Shown here in pieces: positions 23,403-32,000 of a stretch of 32,000 bases of DNA. The DNA comes from Mesoplasma florum L1 (GTDB lineage Bacteria > Bacillota_I > Bacilli_A > Mycoplasmatales > Mycoplasmataceae): the NCBI RefSeq assembly GCF_000008305.1, contig NC_006055.1:750001-782000 (forward strand), in the 5' to 3' direction. The notes under the pieces were generated by a model. That model ran no database searches and had not been told where the DNA came from. It saw only the letters and a program-made list of their open reading frames with translations. Both the position numbers and the translations under genes were made by a program. Every line of letters begins with the position of its first letter. The first letter of the stretch is position 1.

Positions 23403-25224
23403 AAATTTTTACAACCTCCATTTGTTTTTCTAGTAGATCGATTTTTAATTTTCTAATTTTTAATTTTTTAAATGTTCTAGAACCTTTTTTTGCTTCTAAC
23501 TCTTTTATTTCTTTTTTATAAATTAGTTTTAAATCATTTAAATATGTTTTTGCTTCTTGTTTTGTTGATGCAAAATTATTTTTAAAATATTTTATTTGCG
23601 ACTCTTGCTTATTAATTAAAGAAGCAGCTTTTAATTCTAACTTATTTTTCTTAGCTATTAATTTTTCTTGTTCTTTAATATTTGAATTTGATAAAGATTC
23701 TTTTATATTTTGTATTTCAGATTCTATTGAAACAACCTGATCCAAAATAGGAAATGTTGTAGAATTATATTTACCTTCATAAACTTTTTTCAAACCTTTA
23801 ATTGAATGTTCATTATATTTATCTAGCTCTTTATTTATAAATAAGTGTTTTTCCAATTTTAAATCTTTTATTTTATTTTTAATTTTTGAAATTTGGAATG
23901 CTTTATTTTCTTTATACTCATTTGTTAGACTGTTTAATTCATCTCTTAAAATTTCAAGATTTTCTGACTTATTTTGTATTTGTTTTTTCAACTCTTTTAT
24001 TTTTAATTTTTCATTTGTTGAATCTAAATTCAAAATAAGGATATTTTTTTCTTTTTTCAATTCTTTAATATCAGAATTTATAATTTCAATTTCAGTTTTA
24101 AATTTTGGATCTCTAATTTTATGAATAATAATATTTACATAATTAGAAATATTTATTTTCATTAATAATAGATACATAGTTGAGAACAATATTATTATTC
24201 CAAATAATAAATCTGATGTTTCTGAAGGAAGTCCCATATATTGAGGTGAATTCATAGTTAATTGAATTCCATCTTTTAAAACAGCTCACAATATTGCAAC
24301 TGGTATTATTCCCAAGAAGTTATTAAATGCAACTAATGCAATTGGTATACCATCAAATCCTAATAAAGGCATAATGTCATTTGTTACAGATATATTACTT
24401 TTTAAACCAAAGTAATAAAAGAATCCTGCGGCCGATATAAAAACCCCTTGTAAGGCTGTTACACCAATAATAAATGAGTTTGTTTTTATACCTGCATATT
24501 TAGCTGCTGTAGATTGAGTTCCAACAACTTTATATTTATAACCAACTGTTGTAGTTTCACAAACAACAAATACCAATACTATTGAAACTAGAGCAAAGAT
24601 AATTGCAAATACTCACAACTGTGATCCAAATACTTCAGGTAAATTTGGTGAGTTTAATTGAGTATCAAATTTAATAAATAAAACGTATTTAAGTAAATAT
24701 CACAATATTCAGTTTATAACTATTGAAGTTGCAACTTCATGAATATTGAATAAAACTTTTAATATCCCAGTAAGTGATGAAACTATTGCACCTGATACTA
24801 TAAAAATTAGAAATAATAAAATTCCATATCCACCAGGTAAATTAGAGAAATCAGAACCACCTGTTACAGCATTCAAGAATAGATATGTTATTAATAAACC
24901 ACCTATCGCTTGACCACTACCTCCCATATTAAACAGTTTTATTCTAAAACCTAATGCTAATCCAAGACCTAAAAGTATAAATACAGCTAATAATATAACT
25001 GTCCCTTCTGGTTCAACTGGTGAAGTAAAAGGTTTAATTAAACTACTAAAAATAAAACCAAACCCATTCATACCAAAGCAATATAAAAATATAATTCCAC
25101 AAAGCAATCCTAATATAATTGAAATGAATGATACTTTGACATAAGAAGTTTTTGTTTTAAAAGTGGTTGATTTAATATATGCTATTGATTTTGTTTTAAA
25201 TTTTCATTGATTAATTTTTCTCAT
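23386..25224 (-). CDS. Nucleoside ABC transporter permease (BMP/YufP type) with long coiled-coil C-terminal extension
   Basis: Joined ORFs 24709..25107, 24286..24576 and 23386..24255 through TGA=Trp (612 aa); permease motifs GTQSTAAKYAGIKTN...GLLITYLFLNA; then K/E/N/I-rich heptad-like tail. Confidence 0.9.
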
Positions 25225-25227
25225 AAA

Positions 25228-26763
25228 TTACTCCACCACCGATGAAACCATCATCTCTCCTAATTTTTCCCTTGTCGCATTTTTACCTGAAATTTCTCCA
25301 ACTATTTGACCTGAATTTAAAACTAAAATGCGATCTGATAGTTGCAATATTTCTGATAACTCATATGAAATTAATAAAATAGCTTTTCCTTCTTCTTTTG
25401 CTTTTAATATTTCTGAATGAATAAATTCAATTGAACCCACATCTAAACCTCTTGTTGGCTGAAATATTATTATGAAATTGTTGTCTCTTGAAAGTTCACG
25501 GCCAATTATCATTTTTTGTTGGTTACCACCTGATAGTTGTCTAGCTATCGCAAACCCTGCATCAGCATTTCTAACATCAAATTTACTAATTATTTTTTGT
25601 GTATGAGTTTGCATTGCAGTTTTGTTTATAAAACCATGCTTACTATATTTCTTAGTTGAAATATCTTGAAGTGCAACATTAGTAATTAAGTTTGCGTCTA
25701 AAACTAAACCAAATTTATGTCTATCTTCTGGGATAAACCCCATTTTATGAACATTATATCTTTTGCTTATTGATTCATGAGTAATGTTTTTATCATTGAC
25801 ATATATTTTTCCACTATCAACTTTAGTCATTCCACTTAATGCTTCAGCCAATTCTATTTGTCCATTCCCTTCAACACCAGCTATTCCCAAAATTTCTCCG
25901 GCTTTGATTGTCGTTGAAAAATTCTTTAAACCTAAAACTTTGTTATTACTATGTTTTTTTACATTTAAATTCTTAATAACAATTAAGTCTTCATTGTTAT
26001 TTTGTTTATGAGTGTTTTTTATTTCAATTATTTTTCTTCCAACCATGGCTTCTGCTAATTTGCTTGCAGAAGTTTTCTTAACATCAAAAGTTCCAACATA
26101 ATGTCCTTTACGGATTATGGTTGCTCTGTCTGCAACTTCTTTAATTTCTGCCATTTTATGTGTTATTAAAATTATTGTTTTTCCCATGCCTTTTAATTCT
26201 TTTATCACTTTTAAAAGACCATCTATTTCTGATGGTGTTAGAACAGCTGTTGGTTCATCAAAAACCATTATCTCAGCTTTTCTGTAAAGAATTTTTAATA
26301 TTTCTACTCTTTGTTTCATTCCTACAGAAATATCTTTAACCTTGGCATTTAAATCAACTTCAAGATTATATTCCTTCATTATTGAAGTTAAATCTTCAAT
26401 GATTTTTTTCTTATTAATTATTTGTTTATACTGAGTTTCTTCAGAACCTAAAATTATGTTCTTTCAAACAGGAAATATATCGACCAATTTAAAATGTTGG
26501 TGAACCATTCCTATTCCTAATTTAGTTGCTTTTACCGGCGAAGATATTATTTCTTCTTTACCGTTTATAAATATATTTCCCTCTGTTGGTTCATAAATCC
26601 CAAACAAGATTGACATTAATGTAGATTTACCTGCACCATTCTCGCCCATTAAAGCATGTACTTCACCTTTTTTGACATCTAAATTAATGTTTTTATTGGC
26701 AATGATTTTTTTATTGAAAATCATTGAAATATTTTTCATTTCTACAGCATTAATATTTTTCAT
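25228..26763 (-). CDS. Nucleoside ABC transporter ATP-binding protein (two NBDs)
   Basis: GENGAGKSTL, VGMKQRVEILK, MVFDEPTAVLTP; second domain LSGGNQQKMIIGREL...FQPTRGLDVGSIEFIH. Confidence 0.94.
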
Positions 26764-26772
26764 GATTCTCCT

Positions 26773-28146
26773 TTACTCATTAATTTTTTTTGTACTTTTG
26801 TTAAGTTCGTTTAGTATAGTATCAGCGTAATCTTTAATTGGTTCTTGCGCGATTATAGTTCCTGTTGAAGGTATTGTTCCATTGATATATTTAGAAAATA
26901 ATGATTTTGAAGCCTCTGTCAGAGCTTCTGCACTAAAGTATTTTTTAATTTTAATAGCTAAATCTTCATCTAAAAGATTTGATCCTCCATAAGACATTGT
27001 TCCGTTAACTCAAACATCAGTGCCTGTTCAAAGTTCTTTGTCACCTATGTTTACATCCACAAACTCTGATTTATTATCAGTTATAACTTCTTTTGTTATT
27101 TGAATTTTATCTTTATAACCTTCATCCACTTTTTTTAAAATATCTGGGTATTGTTCATTATTCATTCATTCCGGAGTGTGAGCCAAAGAAACTATTGCTG
27201 CATTTTTTAAATCTTTCTCTGCTGAAGTAATAAACCTATTTTGAGCATCTTTCCCATATGATTCTGCTTGATTTGTATCCACTCCTATCACTTTTCAAGA
27301 TGTATCATAACTAAGCGCATCAGAAGTTTGAGGACCCGCAACAGGCATTAAAACATTTGGCTTAATTGATTTTGAGGTGTCTCTTAAATTATCTAATACT
27401 AGTTTTGATTGACCTATAAGGAAACTATTTGAAAATCATGTTGTATCATCTTTAGACTTCGGTCAACCTGTTTGAGCTTTTGTAACAGTTACATTTCTAG
27501 TTGCTTCAGGGATATCAAAATGATTTAAAAATTCTGTATCTTTTGCTAAATAATTATAAACTTCTATCGAAGCCAAGTATCCAACAATAAAGTTATCAAC
27601 TGATGCTGGATTAGAAACTCCACCATAAGCACCTAGTGATAGTGTATTATTTGTATAATTTTCGTTTTTTAATGAATATATTATTGATGACATTCCAGCG
27701 TAGAATCCAGAAACATCTCCCCTAAACACAACTCCTATTTCATTATTTGCTGCGCTATTTGAATCTAATATTATTGTAGATCCAGAATTTTTCATAACTT
27801 CTGCGGCTTGGTGTTCACCTTCACCAGGCATTGCATGGTGAAAACCTGGAAGTAAAAGTGTTTTTGCATTGTTGCTTTCAGCAGTTTTATACGCTCTCTT
27901 CATTGTTTTTGGTGCTGTTGACTCAGGTTGTATGTATGCGATTTTTTGGTTTATTCCCAAAATTTCTTGAACAAACTCTGTTCCAGCTTCGTATGTTGAT
28001 TGATTGAAAGATTTATCATCTACTTTACCTGAATCGGTAATTAAATAGATTTCACCAAAGTGTTTTTCTGTACCGCAAGAAATTACTGTAGTGGCACTAG
28101 TGCTTATTATTGTAGTACTCAATAAAGCTAATAATAGTTTTTTCAT
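26773..28146 (-). CDS. BMP-family nucleoside-binding lipoprotein
   Basis: MKKLLLALLSTTIISTSATTVISCG lipoprotein signal; ITDSGKVDDKSFNQSTYEAG, typical BMP/PnrA start; TGA=Trp rejoins the track ORFs. Confidence 0.93.
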
Positions 28147-28167
28147 TAATACTCCTTCTAAAACAAA

Positions 28168-28202
28168 ATAAAAAAGGTTTCTTATTAACTAAAAAACCTC
28201 TG
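28168..28202 (-). terminator. Riboswitch expression-platform terminator
   Basis: Minus strand AGGTTTTTTAGTTAATAAGAAACCTTTTTTATTTT, immediately downstream of the aptamer and upstream of the BMP lipoprotein SD. Confidence 0.8.
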
Positions 28203-28204
28203 CG

Positions 28205-28265
28205 CTTATAGTCTTTGGATGGGTCCTAAGGCAGGTCGACAACCCGTTATGTTGTCATGTATAAG
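28205..28265 (-). promoter_or_regulatory. Purine riboswitch aptamer, guanine/2'-deoxyguanosine variant class
   Basis: Minus strand CUUAUACAUGACAACAUAACGGGUUGUCGACCUGCCUUAGGACCCAUCCAAAGACUAUAAG: P1 CUUAUA/UAUAAG, P2 UGACAAC/GUUGUCG, P3 CUUAGG/CCAAAG, loops with complementary GG and CC, and GACUAU at J3/1-P1. Confidence 0.88.
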
Positions 28266-28290
28266 TTTTTTTTATTCAATTGTTTGAAAT

Positions 28291-28296
28291 ATTATA
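28291..28296 (-). promoter_or_regulatory. Candidate -10 box for the riboswitch/nucleoside importer transcript
   Basis: TATAAT on the minus strand about 25 nt upstream of the aptamer, just after the previous gene's terminator. Confidence 0.5.
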
Positions 28297-28322
28297 TCTT
28301 TTTTTATTTATAAATAAAAGCA

Positions 28323-28355
28323 CAAATAAAAAAACACCTGTCGGCGTTTTTATTA
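28323..28355 (-). terminator. Intrinsic terminator after the HU-domain gene
   Basis: Minus strand AAAACGCC-GACA-GGTGTTTTTTTATTT. Confidence 0.85.
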
Positions 28356-28356
28356 A

Positions 28357-29682
28357 TTATTTTTTAATTTCTTTTTTGACTTTTGTTAAACCTGTTCATT
28401 TACCTTTTGACATATTTTCTTTTAAATGTTTATTGGCTTTGAATTTAACTGTATTTGACGCAGGAATATCAATTGTTTCACCTGTTGATGGGTTAATACC
28501 TTTTTTAGCTTCCTTGTGTATTTTTGTTAGTTTTCCAAAATTTGAAATTAAAACTTCTTCATTATTTATAATTGCATTGCTCATGATTTCAAAAGCACTA
28601 TCAACTACTTCTTTAACAGATTTTTTGCTAAATTCTGAATGAGTTTCTTCTAACTTAATTAAAAGATCTTTTTTAGAAACTTGATTGTAGTGTTTTTTAA
28701 TAACATATTTTGATTCAGTTTTAGCTGTTGCTGCTACTTTAGTTTCTTCAACTTTAACTTCTTCAACTTTTTTAGCTACTGGTTTTTTAGCTACTGGTTT
28801 TTTAGCAACTACTTTAGCTTCTTCAACTTTTTTAGCCGCTGGTTTTTTAGCCGCTGGTTTTTTAGCAACTACTTTAGCTTCTTCAACTTTAGCTTCTTCA
28901 ACTTTTTTAGCCGCTGGTTTTTTAGCTACTGGTTTTTTAGCAACTACTTTAGCTTCTTCAACTTTTTTAGCTGCCGGTTTTTTAGCTACTGGTTTTTTAG
29001 CAACTACTTTAGCTTCTTCAACTTTTTTAGCTGCCGGTTTTTTAGCTACTGGTTTTTTAGCAACTACTTTAGCTTCTTCAACTTTAACTTCTTCAACTTT
29101 AACTTCTTCAACTTTTTTAGCTACTGGTTTTTTTACTTTTTTCTTAACTGGTTGTTTTGCTACAATTTCTTCTTCTAATTTTTCTTCTAATTCAATTGCT
29201 TCTTGTTTAATTTCTTCTTTAGTAATTTCTTTAGTTTCTTCAATAGCAGTTGTTGTTCCTTTTTCTGAAAGAATCTTGTTAATTTTATTTTCTTTTACAA
29301 AACTCAATACTATTGAAACTACTAAAAAGATGATTCCAACAAGAGCTATTCAGTTAATTAATAAATCTCAAAAAATTGGCAACAAGAATGTACTATATGT
29401 TTCTGTTGTTCCAACAGTTGCAACTAATTTGAATTGAGCAAATGATTTGAATCCCATTGGACCTGCTAAAAAATGACTTAGACCTTTATCTGTAAATCAC
29501 ACTGCATTTATGTGTTTACTTTCTATTAATCCAGAGCCTGCAATTGTTTGTGCTCATTGTGATGTTCCATTTGTAGCTTGGTTTATAAGTTTAAATGCAA
29601 ATATTAAAGCTATAAATAAAACTAAAAGAAATATTAAAGCAATGGTTCTTGTGTGCTTTTTATTTTTCATTTCGATTGACAT
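28357..29682 (-). CDS. Membrane-anchored HU-like DNA-binding protein with lysine/proline/alanine-rich repeats
   Basis: Code-4 reading of 441 aa: MSIEMKNKKHTRTIALIFLLVLFIALIFAFKLINQ... (TM1), WIALVGIIFLVVSIVLSFVKENK (TM2), repeats (KKVEEAKVVAKKPVAKKPAA), then an HU domain SKKDLLIKLEETHSEFSKKSVKEVVDSAFEIMSNAIINNEEVLISNFGKLTKIHKEAKKGINPSTGETIDIPASNTVKFKANKHLKENM. Confidence 0.85.
28738..29148 (-). repeat. In-frame approximately 60-nt tandem repeats encoding KKVEEAKVVAKKPVAKKPAA-like units
   Basis: Nearly identical ttttttagctgccggttttttagctactggttttttagcaactactttagcttcttcaac blocks repeated about 5 times. Confidence 0.95.
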
Positions 29683-29746
29683 GATTATGCCTCCTTCTTT
29701 TTTATATAATTATAAACAAATTATTTTGCTGAGTGAACTTTTAGTG

Positions 29747-31627
29747 TTACTTTTGCTCCGTTGCATAGTTATTTTTAAGATAAAACAGCAACATTTGTAT
29801 GTCTGCAGGGTTAACTCCAGTAATTCTAGAAGCTTGTCCTATGTTTAATGGTTTAACTTTTTTTAACTTTTGTCTAGCTTCTGTTGCTAAATTTTCAACC
29901 TTATCATAATCAATATCTGAAGGTATTTTTTTCTTTTCAAGCTTAACAAGTCTTTCAACAGTTTTTCTTTCTGTTTTTACATAACCGGCAAATCTAGTTT
30001 CTATTACAATAGACTGAAGTTGATTATTTTTTAGGTTTTGTAAAGAACTAATGTACGGAATCATAACCTCTATATCAACAGTTGGTATTTTTAAAATTTC
30101 AATACCACTATATCCATGACTTAAGTCTGCTTGACCTAATTCTTTTAATTTTATTGCTAGTTCAGACTTAGGAGTAAATCTGATTTCTTCAAGCTCTTTT
30201 ATTGCGTTATTAATTTCTTCTGTGTATTTCAAGTATTCATTATATTCTGCTTGTTTAATTAGGCCTATCTCATATCCTTTTTCTTTTAGCCTATGTTCAG
30301 CGTTATCATTTCTTAACAATAATCTGTGTTCTGCCCTACTTGTTAAAAGTCTATAAGGTTCCCATACGCCTTTGTTAATTAAATCATCTATCATGACACC
30401 TATATATGCTTCATCTCTTCTTAAAATCAAAGGATCTAATCCATCAATTTTTCTAGATGCGTTAATACCAGCAATTAATCCTTGGCCAGCTGCCTCTTCA
30501 TAACCACTAGTTCCATTTATTTGACCTGCTGTAAATAAATTATTAATATTCTTAATTTCTAATGAGGGATTCAATTGCATAGGATTTACACAATCGTACT
30601 CAATGGCATATGCCCAAGTTTTTACTTCAGCTTTTTCAAAACCTGGCAATGATCTTATCATTAACAATTGAACATCTGTTGGCATTGAAGTTGAAAATCC
30701 CTGAATATATCAAGCATCACCAGAAATTGATTCTGGCTCAATAAAAATTTGATGAGTTTCTTTTGATGAAAATCTTACAATTTTATCTTCAAAACTTGGA
30801 CAGTATCTAGGACCTATAGATTCTACTTTACCTGAATACATTGCTGATTTTGTCAAATTATCTTCGATTATTTTTTTTGTTTCAGAACTTGAATGAATTA
30901 AGTAGCAAAGTTCTTGCTTTTCAATTGGTGTGTATTCATTTGTAGAAAAACTGAAAGCTAATTTTGCGTCAGTCCCTGGTTCTTTAATAGCTTTAGAAAG
31001 ATCAACAGAGTTTTTGTATATTCTTGGAGGAGTTCCTGTTTTAAATCTAAAAAGTTCAACTCCAGATTTTTTTAAAGATTCACTTATTCCATTAGATGTC
31101 GGTTCTTCGTTTGGGCCTGAAGAAAATTTTTCATGTCCAGTTAAGATCTCTGATTTTAAATATGTTCCCGTTGTTAAAACAACACATTTTGATTTTAAAA
31201 TTTCTCCATCTTTTAATAAAACACCCGTTACTGTATTATTTTCAATAATAAGATCTGTTGCAATAGACTCTATTAATTGTAAATTTATTTGTTCTTCAAC
31301 AATTTTTTGCATATATTTTGAATATTCTTCTTTATCTGATTGGACTCTTAGTGCTCAAACACCAGGCCCTCTAGAAGAATTGAGTAGTTTTGTTTGTAAA
31401 GCTGTTTTATCAGCAGCTTTTGCCATTTCGCCACCTAATGCGTCAATTTCTCTTACAACTATACCTTTTGCAGGTCCACCAACACTTGGGTTGCAAGGCA
31501 TTGCGGCAATTCTATCTTTATAAAGATTAATTAATGCTGTTTTTTTGTTTAATCTTGCAGATGCCAAGGCAGCTTCAACACCTGCATGACCACCACCAAT
31601 AACAATAACATCAAAATGTTTATTCAT
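29747..31627 (-). CDS. mnmG: tRNA uridine-5-carboxymethylaminomethyl(34) synthesis enzyme MnmG (GidA)
   Basis: [33 protein letters not shown]...[24 protein letters not shown]; ...[19 protein letters not shown]...; 626 aa after reading TGA as Trp. Confidence 0.97.
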
Positions 31628-31708
31628 AGCAATTCTCCTTTTCTAATTTTATGTCTATTTAATTTTAGTCTTTTTTAATTTATAAGCAATTATAAATAAA
31701 TTACTTAA

Positions 31709-31738
31709 AGTAAAAAATACCTTAACAGGTATTTTAAT
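31709..31738 (-). terminator. Intrinsic terminator after ftsH
   Basis: Minus strand AAAATACCTGTTAAGGTATTTTTTAC. Confidence 0.7.
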
Positions 31739-31760
31739 TTTTATAAAAACCAACTTTAAT

Positions 31761-32000
31761 CTAATCAATATCTAAATCTTCTACTTTAATGTCGATGATT
31801 TCACCTTTTTTTATTTTTTCATCTTCTTTTGCCATTCTGTTTTTTTGTTCTAAAACTTCTTCTGGCAATTTTTTATTAACATTAATGTATTCAATTTGTT
31901 CAGCAGTAATAGTTTCTAAAACCCTTAGTGATTCTGCCAATAATTCTAAAGTTTCCATATTTTCTTTAATTATTTTTAAAGCAATTTTGTATGACTCTTC
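31761..32000 (-). CDS. ftsH: C-terminal part of ATP-dependent zinc metalloprotease FtsH (5' end off window)
   Basis: ...KIALKIIKENMETLELLAESLRVLETITAEQIEYINVNKKLPEE resembles the FtsH C-terminal helix region. Confidence 0.75.
   Translation of the reverse strand, partial: EESYKIALKIIKENMETLELLAESLRVLETITAEQIEYINVNKKLPEEVLEQKNRMAKEDEKIKKGEIIDIKVEDLDID

Noticed and set aside
25228-25900. Apparent loss of the catalytic Glu after Walker B in the second NBD (IIIFQPTRGLDVG)
   Set aside because: Gln at this position is common in the second NBD of BMP/sugar-type dual ATPases (QPTRGLDVG), so it is not unusual.
28738-29148. Regularly spaced repeats resembling a CRISPR or other noncoding array
   Set aside because: Units are contiguous 60-nt in-frame coding repeats with no unique spacers, inside one ORF.
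1-32000. Many apparently truncated or split ORFs, which could look like pseudogenes (pyrG, mnmG, uracil permease, topA etc.)
   Set aside because: Breaks in the main genes fall at TGA codons where conserved Trp is expected (e.g. topA SGPWGL, FBA NNLEW). Genetic code 4 restores full-length genes.

Overview
AT-rich mollicute chromosome window, most like the Entomoplasmataceae/Spiroplasma group (Mesoplasma-like; inferred from gene content and codon use, not from a search). UGA is read as Trp throughout, so the supplied standard-code ORF track breaks most genes at internal TGA. I rejoined them with genetic code 4. Almost all genes are on the minus strand: fba (partial), an ABC-2 exporter pair, pyrG, rpoE, an HD-domain protein, gltX, a cation:dicarboxylate-type symporter, a CoA-disulfide reductase-like enzyme, a PD-(D/E)XK-like protein, a membrane protein, a uracil permease, a YgjP-like metallopeptidase, ychF, a DUF951-like protein, rsmG, pgsA, an APC permease, deoD, a four-gene nucleoside/BMP-type ABC importer, a TM-anchored HU-like protein, mnmG and ftsH (partial). 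A GNAT, topA and an MBL-fold hydrolase are on the plus strand. The best non-routine signals are: (1) a noncanonical guanine/2'-deoxyguanosine-class purine riboswitch plus terminator ahead of the nucleoside ABC importer; (2) an unlisted 23-codon leader peptide with a strong SD, whose stop codon lies inside an 11-bp terminator stem just upstream of the uracil permease, resembling a pyrBI-like attenuator; (3) a predicted membrane-anchored HU protein with histone-H1-like 60-nt tandem repeats; (4) an ABC permease with a roughly 250-aa coiled-coil tail; (5) a terminator hairpin squeezed between rpoE and pyrG. No CRISPR, tRNA, rRNA or mobile element was recognised.
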